Below, in pieces: positions 16,869 to 25,615 of a stretch of DNA of 32,449 nt. A program made the translations under genes and the position numbers. Numbering within the stretch: position 1 is the stretch's first letter; the number at the start of each line of letters is the position of its first letter. The DNA comes from a virus. Its lineage: Duplodnaviria; Caudoviricetes. The stretch is from positions 1-32,449 of IMG/VR virus record IMGVR_UViG_3300033067_000567. One strand, given 5' to 3'. Under the pieces are notes generated by a model. That model ran no database searches, had not been told where the DNA came from, and saw only the letters and a program-made list of their open reading frames with translations.

Positions 16869-18815
16869 TTAGTGGGCCACGCCGGTGATGATTTCGCACG
16901 AAGCGGCACGCATCAGCGAGAAGTCAGCGCGGAGAATGGCGCGAATCAACGTCTGATCGTTGGCGAAGGCGCTGCCAGCGATGTTGCTGGACGCGAGTTC
17001 GAGCGATGAGCGGTTACCCAACACCCACTCATCACCACGCACAACGATGATGCTGGACGCGCTGCCGCTGGATGTGATGGAGGTCGTCTGATACACCGGC
17101 AAACCGAGGCGGGCGCTCATGCGGTCAGTCAAACCGTTGCCGAACATGTTCGGGTTGGTTTGCTGATTGGCTGAGGCAACATAGTCGCCAGAAGCGCCGA
17201 CGCGGGTCAGCAATGCTTTCAACGCCACTTCGGGGCGCATCACCACAGACACGCCATTCAGCGGCACTTTGGCAGCGGCCATACGGCCAAGCGCCTTGAG
17301 AATCGCGTCGTAGATGTTGTCAGCGCCGACAGCGGTCGAAGTGACACCGGCCTCGTTCAACAAGCCGGTCGGCTCGGTCGAAGTGCCAGCGCCAGCAAAT
17401 GCGGCGAGGTCATACGCCTCACCCATCTTGCGGGTGATGCCGTTGCGGATGAATGTCTCAATCGCGGGTGTGCTGTCTACCAAAAGCTCGTTGCTCACAG
17501 TGGCAATCGCGGTCAGCTTGCGGGCGGTGAGTGTCTTCTTGGCGGTCGTCGCGTCACCGGCAGATGTGGCCGAGTTGTTCTCAGCAGACCAACCAGCGCT
17601 AAAGGTGTTGATGGAGGGCATGTCGCAGACTGGCCCCGGCATTGGGAAGTTCATGCCGATTTTGCTGGCAACCACTTCCTGATACAGCGCGTCGATGACC
17701 ATGCTGGTCTGAATGCGCGGCACGAAATGCTCGCCCACGGCGCTACCGCTGGTGGTCGCCATTGCCTTGAACGCTTTCACCGCATCCGCGCTACCTTGGA
17801 ACTCAAGATCGCCCTCGCCGCTGGCAAGATTGAACTCAATGCTGCCCTTTGGCACAGCTTGCAAAGCCTTGACAGCCCACAGGAAGGGCATTGGCTCTGA
17901 CTTCTTGGTGATGACGGTCGGCGCGGTATACGCGGGGCGGCGGGCGGCAATCGACTTGACGGCCTTGCTCGCGGTCTCTTTGATAAGGGCGTGAACCTCA
18001 TCCTCGGTGAATGTCTTCACTGCGGGGACTTCGGGCTTGGCTGGCTCAGTGGGGGTTTCAACCACATCAGGCACGGCCTCTTGCGTGGCCTCGGCCACAA
18101 TTTGCTCAACGTTAATGTCGCTCATTTTTTGAATAACCTCAATGGATTTCGCCGCCGCTGGCTGTGCGCCTTCGGTCGGCTCTGCTGGAAACTCGCTCAT
18201 CATTTCGTCAAGCATGGCTTTGATGCTGGTAATCCGGTCACGATTGCGCCTCGCAAATGTGGCCCCAGCTTTCGCCGCGTCTGCCTCGCCCGATAGTTCG
18301 TCGAGTTGTTCACTGGTTAATGCTTTGGCCGCAGCCAGCGCGATTGCGCGCGGGTTCACCGCTGCGTCGGCTGTGTCTGCGTCCATCAGACTCATTGCAA
18401 AAATCGGCCAGTTCGTGACACGTCCGGGTTTCCCCACGATGCCCGCTGGCCGCACTAGATGGCTGCTGCTATCGCTACTGGCCCGCGCTCGGCCTTGTGC
18501 AGCGTCCGCGTGTATCTTCTGTGCAATGGATTTGGCCGCGTCCAGCGCCACGTCAAACACATGGCCGGTGATGCCGTTTAGGGTAGAGATGCCCTTGTAG
18601 ATGGCTGTGCCAATGCGCCCGACGGACTTGGACGCAATCTCCGCAAAGCCGTGATAGTGGTAGACGGGGATCGTATCGCCTAGCGACAGGTCAATATTGG
18701 TTGACGCATCAAACACTTGGCCCTGTCGGTCAGTGCCGAAGGGCAGGCCGACGATCTGTAATTTCAGGTCGCCGGTTGCTTTGATGGCTGATGTAACGGT
18801 GATTGCGTCAAACAT
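16869..18815 (-). CDS. fused prohead protease-scaffold-major capsid protein (HK97 fold)
   Basis: N-terminal protease-like region (PFGTDRQGQVF, YHYHG, ASSDS, WPIFAMSL), an acidic Pro-rich linker, and a C-terminal capsid region (WSAEN, RKLTAIATVSNELLVDS, GAGTSTEPTGLL, LGLPVYQT, FANDQTLIRAILRADF). Start moved to ATG 18815 because the listed start falls inside a terminator hairpin. Confidence 0.9.
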   Translation of the reverse strand: MFDAITVTSAIKATGDLKLQIVGLPFGTDRQGQVFDASTNIDLSLGDTIPVYHYHGFAEIASKSVGRIGTAIYKGISTLNGITGHVFDVALDAAKSIAQKIHADAAQGRARASSDSSSHLVRPAGIVGKPGRVTNWPIFAMSLMDADTADAAVNPRAIALAAAKALTSEQLDELSGEADAAKAGATFARRNRDRITSIKAMLDEMMSEFPAEPTEGAQPAAAKSIEVIQKMSDINVEQIVAEATQEAVPDVVETPTEPAKPEVPAVKTFTEDEVHALIKETASKAVKSIAARRPAYTAPTVITKKSEPMPFLWAVKALQAVPKGSIEFNLASGEGDLEFQGSADAVKAFKAMATTSGSAVGEHFVPRIQTSMVIDALYQEVVASKIGMNFPMPGPVCDMPSINTFSAGWSAENNSATSAGDATTAKKTLTARKLTAIATVSNELLVDSTPAIETFIRNGITRKMGEAYDLAAFAGAGTSTEPTGLLNEAGVTSTAVGADNIYDAILKALGRMAAAKVPLNGVSVVMRPEVALKALLTRVGASGDYVASANQQTNPNMFGNGLTDRMSARLGLPVYQTTSITSSGSASSIIVVRGDEWVLGNRSSLELASSNIAGSAFANDQTLIRAILRADFSLMRAASCEIITGVAH

Positions 18816-18904
18816 GGAAAACAAAAAGCGCGGTGTCTCATTTCGAGACACCGCGCAGGATTTGCTCTGGTGCGTTTTGGTTATTTAGTTGGTCGCTATT
18901 TTAC
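18816..18904 (-). promoter_or_regulatory. late leader cassette A: -10 box, conserved 20-mer, terminator hairpin
   Basis: TAAAAT (18898-18903), CCAGAGCAAATCCTGCGCGG (18851-18870), a perfect 12-bp stem GCGCGGTGTCTC/GAGACACCGCGC (18828-18856), then TTTTTGTTTTCC and the ATG. Confidence 0.8.
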
Positions 18905-18905
18905 A

Positions 18906-19178
18906 TCAATCGTGCTGCTCGTATTTGTAGTCGGTTACGAACGCTTCTGGTATGAACTGGTCTGCATCCATAATGCGAAGCGAATCTGGCGGCAATTCCT
19001 CAGAAATGGCGACGCGCAGCCCAAACCGCTTCTCTAACGCCTCAATCACACTAGTGCTGCAATCGTGCATAGCAATACATTTCCCCGCCAATGGAATGCC
19101 ATTGTCCTTGAATGCGTTAACCAATTCCTCGACAAGGGTCTCTATCTGTGCGGGTTCTAGCCGTTCTATGATTGCCAT
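18906..19178 (-). CDS. hypothetical protein (90 aa), probably with its own leaderless promoter
   Basis: The ATG at 19178 lies 6 nt after TATAAC and has no SD. Confidence 0.65.
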   Translation of the reverse strand: MAIIERLEPAQIETLVEELVNAFKDNGIPLAGKCIAMHDCSTSVIEALEKRFGLRVAISEELPPDSLRIMDADQFIPEAFVTDYKYEQHD

Positions 19179-19184
19179 GCGCAA

Positions 19185-19214
19185 GTTATAGCACTATCTC
19201 ACTATCAATGTCTA
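19185..19214 (-). promoter_or_regulatory. promoter with extended -10
   Basis: TAGACA-N18-TATAAC with TGc directly before the -10 box. Three GATAG copies lie in and around the spacer. Confidence 0.55.
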
Positions 19215-19706
19215 TCAACCCTTCCCGCTCGTAATCTTCTCCGCCACGCGCAACGTCACGCGCTTGCCTACGCGGTCGGGTTTCGTCGCGGCCAACGCAC
19301 GCTCAAGGAAGTTATTCGGGCGCGTGCCGGGATGGTTCACGCGCTTGGCAAACACCACGCCACCGCCACTACTCACGAAGCGTAATACCTTTGCCTTGCG
19401 CGGCACAATGACGTGCCGCTTGCTGCCAAACAACACAGACTTAACGACCACCTCTGGCCGCGACTTGTTGCCCATTGTGACCTCTAGGTGAACGTTCTTC
19501 GTGCCAGCCTGCCGCGTGTTGATGCGGACGGTAGAGGCAAGCACGCCGGTTTTCTTCGGCGCTTCCTCTGCGATCTTGGCCCGCAGCACACGGCCATAGT
19601 CGCGCAAATCCTCGGTGGCGTAGTTAATGATCTGCTGCTGCGCTTTGGTAATGCGGCCCTTGATGCGCTCCAACTCATCAACGGTTATGGTAACTAACTG
19701 TGCCAT
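19215..19706 (-). CDS. HK97 gp10-like neck/tail-component protein
   Basis: Motifs APKKTGVLASTV and VNHPGTRPNNFLERAL. Confidence 0.85.
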   Translation of the reverse strand: MAQLVTITVDELERIKGRITKAQQQIINYATEDLRDYGRVLRAKIAEEAPKKTGVLASTVRINTRQAGTKNVHLEVTMGNKSRPEVVVKSVLFGSKRHVIVPRKAKVLRFVSSGGGVVFAKRVNHPGTRPNNFLERALAATKPDRVGKRVTLRVAEKITSGKG

Positions 19707-22462
19707 TAGTCCTCCAACATCACCCGCACATCAGCGGCCTTATAAAACGCCTCGCCAATCTTCAACACTGGCGCGTCAGTCGTAGCTTTGATGCCACCAT
19801 GAACATTGAACCGTTCCACCTTGTCAATCGTGCCGAGTTCAACGCCTACGCTATCGTAAGCCACACGGCCCACAAAATCAATCACCGGCATCAGCGCTTT
19901 ACCCGCTGCGGTCGCCGCGCTGTTGGCCGACGATACCGCGTCCGCCACTTGGTCGGCGGGTGTGCTTTGATTCAGGCGCTTGATCTGTTTGTCGATGGTG
20001 GTCGCCGCCTTATCTAGTTTCTCGCGTGCGGCCTGTGCCTCTGGCGTATCAACACCCTCCAAGCGCTTGAGTGCGTCGTCAATCGTGGCGCGTTGCTCAA
20101 CAGCTTTGTTAAGACGCTCTTTGCGCTTCTTTTCTTTCTCTGCGGCTTTCTGTTCATCCGTCTTTTTTGGTTTCTTAGCCTTCTTGCCCTTCTTCCCTTT
20201 CTTGCCCGCTGCGTTCTTCATGGCGCGGTCGATGATGGCCTGCCGTTTCGCGTCGTCTAATTCGGCCTTAGATTTGCGGTCGATGGGCGCACCATCCACG
20301 CTCGAAAACTTGCCGCCCTGATCGCGCTTGGTGTTGCCAGCCTTTGCCGCCGGGTCTTCGCTGTCCGTCTCGCCCTCGGCATCGCCTTCCATCGCGTCTT
20401 CTTCATCGGCCTCACGCTCTGCAATCGCCGCCGCGTCCAGTGCTGCCAATACCTCGCGCTCTACCGCCTCGGCCTCGGCTTCCATCTCCGCATCTTCCAT
20501 GTCCAGCGGTTCATCTTCGCCGTCAATGTCGGGCGGCTTGAGTAGGCCAGCGACATAGGACGGTAACGCGCAGGGCAACAGAAGCTTGACCATCGCATAC
20601 GCTTGGCCCTCGCTAATCAGCCCGCCGTTGTAGTTGTCGATGATGGTCTGCAATGAGGTTAGCGTCTCCGGTGTAATTCCCATATCTTCATCGTCCTCGG
20701 TTTCTGTTTCTGGCTGCTCCTGTTCGACTGGCTCTGGCGCGGGCTTTCGCAACAATACCTCTAGCGTTGCGTCGTCAACTTCTGGCATAGACATTCGTAT
20801 CATTGTCTGCGCCTGTTCTAGGTCTAGGTCGCCTTTGCGATACTGGCCCGCAATGACACGCGCTTGGATCATGCCGCTGCTGTTGGGCTTGGCCGCTTCG
20901 GGCTGCGCTGGCTCAGTCGGCACGTCCTGTATATCCTCTTTGATGTTGATTGTTTCGTCCGTGTCCTTAGCAATGAAATCCTCAACATCACTATCCGAAA
21001 TGGTTGGCGCGGTAAGGCGCAACATTACACGCGCCTGCCTGTCTGTTAGATTGCCTTGTGCGTATGACTCAGCCACGCCGCGCAAGTTCACCAACTGCGT
21101 AGAGGTCAGCGGCGATGCGGTCGCAGGGTTGACAATCTCGCCATCGGCGTTTGTGGTCTGTTCGGGCTGCGCTGGCTGGTCAGGTTGCCCGCCGCCCACA
21201 ATCAGCGTCACGTCATCGGCGGATGGGTTGCCCTCAATCTTCATTAGGCCGCGCTTCTCGCGTGCCTCGTTGATGGTGATAATGCCGCCCTGCAACTCAG
21301 CGACGGCGGTCTGCGCTTCGACGCTGTTGATTTCGGCGCGTTTCACTTCGTCCTCTTGCAGCGCCTCAACATCATCGAAACAAAACGCGAGGTAGTAGCC
21401 GTCCTCTTTGCTGCCCTCGTAGTCTGACCACAGCAAGTAATTGTTGAGCGATTCGGCCACCATCTGCGCCAACGGCACAATCTTGCCGCGCCAGAATTGC
21501 TTCATCTGCGCGTCAGCATTGGCAAGTTTGGAAGCATCCGAGTAGTCGCCCGCCACAGCAGGCGGCACGCCATACGCGGCCATGATTTCGTTCATCAGGC
21601 GCATTGAGCGTTGCTCGCGCTGCTGCTCTACGGCGGTCAGTTGGCCGCTTTCACGGTTCATCCCTTGCGGCAAAAAGCGATCATCGGCCATTGCGTCTGG
21701 ATCACGGTTCTTGGCGTTCCACTGAGCCATAAACTGCCGCGCATCCTCGTCGATCATATTGAAGTCCACGCCGATCACGCCGCCGCCCTTGCCGCCGTTG
21801 CGGTCGATGGCCTCCTGCGCCATGTCTGCCAGCGCATAGCGGTTGATTGCGGCCACGGCGCGGCTTGTGGGCGATGTGCAAATGAACGGATCGCGCAGCG
21901 ATGGGTAATAGATGCGGATCACATCCTCAATCGCATAGGTGTCAGTGCCGAGGTATTTATAGGCGGTCGGATAGCCGCGTGGGTCGCGTAGCATATCGAC
22001 CTGCAACGCGGGCAGGATGTGCAACTCTTGCGGCTCGCCGCCGCTTTCGGGGCGTAGCTTGTAGATGAGCCATTGGCCGAATACGTTTAGCTGCTCCATG
22101 CCCGCACGTTTGAAGCTGGCCTCATCCATATAAAACGGGTTGATGGTCTGCAACAACTCAAGGATAGGATGGCTATCAATGCGGGTCGGCTCATCCTCTT
22201 TCTTCGCCGCTTTCTTGTAGAGCTTAAGCGGTGTCAACGCCACAGCGTCAGCAATGGCACTCACGCAGTTGCCCGCCCACACGTTGTATGTGGCGGCATC
22301 GCTCCACCCATACGGCTCATCGCTGTAAAGCCGAAGCGCATTGCGGCCAGCGCCCAAGCCCGTGATCCAAGACGATGTGGTAGCCCACGATTGCAGGCGC
22401 GGCGGCTGGTTGGCTCCGGCTTTCGCGGCAAATAGTCCCTTGATGTTGTTAATTATTCCCAT
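19706..22462 (-). CDS. portal protein with ~500-aa C-terminal extension
   Basis: Follows TerL. HK97-type portal motifs HPILELLQTINP, EIMAAYGVPPAVAG and GIITINEAREKRGL lie within the first ~420 aa. Confidence 0.92.
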   Translation of the reverse strand: MGIINNIKGLFAAKAGANQPPRLQSWATTSSWITGLGAGRNALRLYSDEPYGWSDAATYNVWAGNCVSAIADAVALTPLKLYKKAAKKEDEPTRIDSHPILELLQTINPFYMDEASFKRAGMEQLNVFGQWLIYKLRPESGGEPQELHILPALQVDMLRDPRGYPTAYKYLGTDTYAIEDVIRIYYPSLRDPFICTSPTSRAVAAINRYALADMAQEAIDRNGGKGGGVIGVDFNMIDEDARQFMAQWNAKNRDPDAMADDRFLPQGMNRESGQLTAVEQQREQRSMRLMNEIMAAYGVPPAVAGDYSDASKLANADAQMKQFWRGKIVPLAQMVAESLNNYLLWSDYEGSKEDGYYLAFCFDDVEALQEDEVKRAEINSVEAQTAVAELQGGIITINEAREKRGLMKIEGNPSADDVTLIVGGGQPDQPAQPEQTTNADGEIVNPATASPLTSTQLVNLRGVAESYAQGNLTDRQARVMLRLTAPTISDSDVEDFIAKDTDETINIKEDIQDVPTEPAQPEAAKPNSSGMIQARVIAGQYRKGDLDLEQAQTMIRMSMPEVDDATLEVLLRKPAPEPVEQEQPETETEDDEDMGITPETLTSLQTIIDNYNGGLISEGQAYAMVKLLLPCALPSYVAGLLKPPDIDGEDEPLDMEDAEMEAEAEAVEREVLAALDAAAIAEREADEEDAMEGDAEGETDSEDPAAKAGNTKRDQGGKFSSVDGAPIDRKSKAELDDAKRQAIIDRAMKNAAGKKGKKGKKAKKPKKTDEQKAAEKEKKRKERLNKAVEQRATIDDALKRLEGVDTPEAQAAREKLDKAATTIDKQIKRLNQSTPADQVADAVSSANSAATAAGKALMPVIDFVGRVAYDSVGVELGTIDKVERFNVHGGIKATTDAPVLKIGEAFYKAADVRVMLED

Positions 22463-22466
22463 GTTG

Positions 22467-23678
22467 TTATCCGTATGCGAATCGCTGTCGAACGTTGCTC
22501 CATGCCAGCGCCAAACTCATTACCGTATCGTCGTGCATCCCGTCCGGCGCGTTGTATTTCACGCCGCCCGATGGCGCACGCTGTGACTCATACGCCTCTA
22601 GTTCACCAATCAATATTGGGTCGTTCGGTATCTTGATTGCGCCACGCTCAAACGATGCGGCCAACTCCTCAATGATGTCGGCCTTCGTGGTCGCGGTCGT
22701 CGTGAAATCTCTAACCTTCACACCCATGCGCCGCAGCATGTCGTTGTTGGGTTTACCCATTGCGTTTTCTTCGGCCACGACCACACGCACGCCGAAGCGC
22801 TCACAGGTGGCCTTGATGCGCTCACGCTGTAGGCTGTAATCAATGCCGTTGAATCGGTCGGTGTAAACCAGTGCCTTATCAGTGCTGTCGATGATGGACA
22901 ACACCGTATAGTCATTCGACAACGCCCAATCTAAACCGGCAACATAGGTGTGATTCTCTAGGGGCTTGGTGTGTCGCTCTGCGGTGGCACAGGCGCGAAC
23001 GTTGCGAAACACGCCGCCGCCATCGTCTACAAACTCGGCCAACCATTCTTGCTTAAACGTGCGCTCGGTGACACGCTCGCGGGCCATCTCAAACGCCTTG
23101 CGTATGTTTGGGTTAGGGTTGGCTGAGGTCGGCGCGGTAAATGCTGCCGTGTGCCTGCCGTCGCTCATGCCGCGCACCCACTCACGCCAGAACCAGTTAC
23201 GGCCCTTCGGCGTGCTAATCATTAGCAGTTTGCCGTTGCGGTCGGCCAGTGTCGGCAGAATCACATCGCTATAGGTTTCTTCTGAGACTTGCGCGGCCTC
23301 GTCAATGATGACCACATCGAACGACTCACCGCGTAGCCCCACGTCATTGTCAGCGCTATACACACCCAGCCAACCGCCGCTAGGGAATGTAATAATGCGG
23401 TCGGACTTGTGAACGTCTACGCCCTTCGCCTGCGCTACCTGCGACTCGGCAAAGCGCCACACGGGGCGGCTGTTCTTATACGTAGGCACTACCCACGCCA
23501 CCGCCGCGCCATAGTCTGCACAGGTAAGAGAGTAAACCCCACTCATAAATGTTTTGCCCCAGCGTCTACCATTGGCAATGACCTTAATCTGCGCCGGATG
23601 CGTTAGGATTTTGGTCTGATCGCTTCGCAATGGTGGCAACTGCGGTTTCGTGATTAAAGACTTGCTGCCTTGTTTCAA
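22467..23678 (-). CDS. terL: terminase large subunit
   Basis: Walker A GRRWGKT, Walker B VIIDEAA, ISTPKG, nuclease motifs GLDWA and HDDTVMSLALA. Likely start is the TTG at 23678, after SD GGAGGG inside terS. Confidence 0.95.
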   Translation of the reverse strand: MKQGSKSLITKPQLPPLRSDQTKILTHPAQIKVIANGRRWGKTFMSGVYSLTCADYGAAVAWVVPTYKNSRPVWRFAESQVAQAKGVDVHKSDRIITFPSGGWLGVYSADNDVGLRGESFDVVIIDEAAQVSEETYSDVILPTLADRNGKLLMISTPKGRNWFWREWVRGMSDGRHTAAFTAPTSANPNPNIRKAFEMARERVTERTFKQEWLAEFVDDGGGVFRNVRACATAERHTKPLENHTYVAGLDWALSNDYTVLSIIDSTDKALVYTDRFNGIDYSLQRERIKATCERFGVRVVVAEENAMGKPNNDMLRRMGVKVRDFTTTATTKADIIEELAASFERGAIKIPNDPILIGELEAYESQRAPSGGVKYNAPDGMHDDTVMSLALAWSNVRQRFAYG

Positions 23679-24018
23679 TTGGCCCTCCGTCCGGCCCGCT
23701 CCACTCGCTGCGCTCCACATACCCGCGATTCTTGCCGATGGTCTTGAGCGTGAAGCACACGGCCCAGCCCTCTTTGGCCGTGACCGCCGCTTTCAATGCC
23801 GTCTCTGCCACGTCTAGCAATTCGCCGCGTGAGTTATCAACCACTTCGCGCACTCTCGCAGATTTCTCCATGCGCCGATAGATCGCAGACGGAGCGCAGC
23901 CGAGGTGCTTTGCGGCAAGGTAAACCATGCCGTTGAACGAGGTGAGCGCCTTACACATTTCGTCGTCCGTGTAGCGCGTCGTCCTCTTTTTATTTGTTGC
24001 GTTTGTTGCGTCGGCCAT
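23584..24018 (-). CDS. terS: terminase small subunit (HTH)
   Basis: HTH segment VYLAAKHLGCAPSAIYRRM and LKTIGKNRGYVERSEWSGPDGGPI. Directly upstream of and overlapping terL. Confidence 0.8.
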   Translation of the reverse strand: MADATNATNKKRTTRYTDDEMCKALTSFNGMVYLAAKHLGCAPSAIYRRMEKSARVREVVDNSRGELLDVAETALKAAVTAKEGWAVCFTLKTIGKNRGYVERSEWSGPDGGPIETRQQVFNHETAVATIAKRSDQNPNASGAD

Positions 24019-24021
24019 GTT

Positions 24022-25299
24022 CTACGCTCCCTCGGTGATGCGCTGCGGTTGTTTGCCGGTGGCGGTAGACCAACGTTCTAGGGCCACGCTGACGTATTCA
24101 GGGCTTATCTCCATTGCGCGGCATTTGCGGTTTAGTTGCTCGCAGGCGATTAGGGTTGTGCCGCTGCCACTGAACCCGTCAAAAACAACTGAGTCTTTCA
24201 GTGTTGAAAATTCAATGGGCTTTTTAATAACCTCAATGGGTTTTTCGGTTGGGTGTTCAGTGGTGTGGCGTGGCATTGTGATCCCCCACCAATTTAGCGC
24301 ATGTGTTCCGTCTGGATAATTGCAAACATGCTTGCCACGCACTGCATAGGCCACAAGTTCTGTCGCCCATGTCCAATGGCGCTTAGATAATGACGGTGCT
24401 GGATTTGGCTTGCACCAAACACAGTAGCTGTAGAACTTCGCCCATCCTTTCATCCAATCCCATATTTGCTGAATAAGAAAATGTGATGTGTAAATATATA
24501 CAACCGACGATTCGGAAAGTATTGCCTCTAAAGTAAGAAACATATTTTTGGGGTCAAAGTTCTTATCCCATTCCGCCTCAGCCAGCGTCTTTGACGACCG
24601 ATAATGGGTCGGCGCATCCTTTGCAAATACACTTGTATCCGATGCCATGTTGTAAGGCGGGTCTGTCACAACCGCGTCCGCCTTCTCCCCCGCCATCAGC
24701 CTCGCCACATCCTCCGCGCTCGTACTGTCGCCGCACATCAGCCGATGGTTGCCCAACTGCCACACGTCGCCGCGCTTCACCTGCCATTTCTGTTGCAACT
24801 CTGCGGCCTTATCAATCTGCGGCTCTACATCCTCAACCGCTGCCCCGCCGCCAGCGCCGTAGTCCAGTCCGTTGTCCTGCGCCAACTCCGCCAACATCGC
24901 TTGCAATCCCGCCTCGCCCGTGTTCACGTCACGCAACAGCGCGTCTAGTTGCTGTTTGTCATACGCTGCCATTGCCGCGATTGGGTCAAGGGATGCAAGG
25001 GCCAGCTTTTCTTCCGCCTCGCTCAACTCAACCTCAACGTAAGGCACTGGCGTTTCATCGCCCAGCTTCAACGCCTCGGCAATACGAGCGTGGCCGTCTA
25101 CCACGTTGCCGGTGGTCTTGTTCACAATGACGTTTTGAATCCACCCAATCTCACGCAATGAACCGGTGAGCGCTTCTTGCTGCGCCTTCGGGTGTATACG
25201 TGCATTGGCGGGATTTGCCATGAACTGCGACGCGGGCATTGTGCCGTTGCCGACGATGCGGTTGCGCCATTCCTGCGGCACTGCTTTCTTCTTCGCCAT
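24022..25299 (-). CDS. ParB-like N-terminal domain fused to N6-adenine/N4-cytosine DNA methyltransferase
   Basis: ParB-like NPANARIHP...VVDGHARI, then HRLMCGDS, motif IV DPPY, HPTEKP and motif I FSGSGTT (beta-class order). Confidence 0.92.
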   Translation of the reverse strand: MAKKKAVPQEWRNRIVGNGTMPASQFMANPANARIHPKAQQEALTGSLREIGWIQNVIVNKTTGNVVDGHARIAEALKLGDETPVPYVEVELSEAEEKLALASLDPIAAMAAYDKQQLDALLRDVNTGEAGLQAMLAELAQDNGLDYGAGGGAAVEDVEPQIDKAAELQQKWQVKRGDVWQLGNHRLMCGDSTSAEDVARLMAGEKADAVVTDPPYNMASDTSVFAKDAPTHYRSSKTLAEAEWDKNFDPKNMFLTLEAILSESSVVYIYTSHFLIQQIWDWMKGWAKFYSYCVWCKPNPAPSLSKRHWTWATELVAYAVRGKHVCNYPDGTHALNWWGITMPRHTTEHPTEKPIEVIKKPIEFSTLKDSVVFDGFSGSGTTLIACEQLNRKCRAMEISPEYVSVALERWSTATGKQPQRITEGA

Positions 25300-25613
25300 T
25301 ACGCCACCACGACCACATCCAGCGCCGGTTTAGCCGGTGCGTATGTGGCATTTGTAAATGTCACGATGAGCCTGAACTTACCCACTGACGCGCTTAAGAA
25401 CTTCGGTAGGGTGATGGTGTTCGTGGCAACGGTCGGTGAGCCGGTTAGTACTGTGCCAGACACATCATTGGCACTGTTGCCCATGTCCAGCGCCACAACG
25501 CTGATGCTCGTTGGACTTCCGCCGTAGTTGGTGGTGTCGATGGCCCAATACACACCCTCACCTGCGCGGGCGTATTTGGGTGATTCGACAACGAATAATT
25601 CCTGTTGCTGCAT
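25299..25613 (-). CDS. Ig-like small virion protein, candidate fibre adaptor
   Basis: 104 aa with an all-beta pattern. Last gene of the fibre-like cassette. Confidence 0.55.
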   Translation of the reverse strand: MQQQELFVVESPKYARAGEGVYWAIDTTNYGGSPTSISVVALDMGNSANDVSGTVLTGSPTVATNTITLPKFLSASVGKFRLIVTFTNATYAPAKPALDVVVVA

Positions 25614-25615
25614 AG

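Noticed and set aside
18816-18851. Listed capsid ORF start at 18851 (MSRNETPRFLFS)
   Set aside because: It lies inside the terminator hairpin and U-tract. ATG 18815 is more plausible.
19980-21395. Plus-strand Ser-rich ORFs (113, 76, 253 aa) opposite the portal extension
   Set aside because: Mirror translation of Glu/Asp/Lys codons, not credible genes.
23584-23720. Possible TerS-TerL frameshift fusion (no ATG for terL; RSDQ appears in both frames)
   Set aside because: A TTG at 23678 with SD GGAGGG explains initiation, no slippery heptamer is seen, and the RSDQ match is coincidental.
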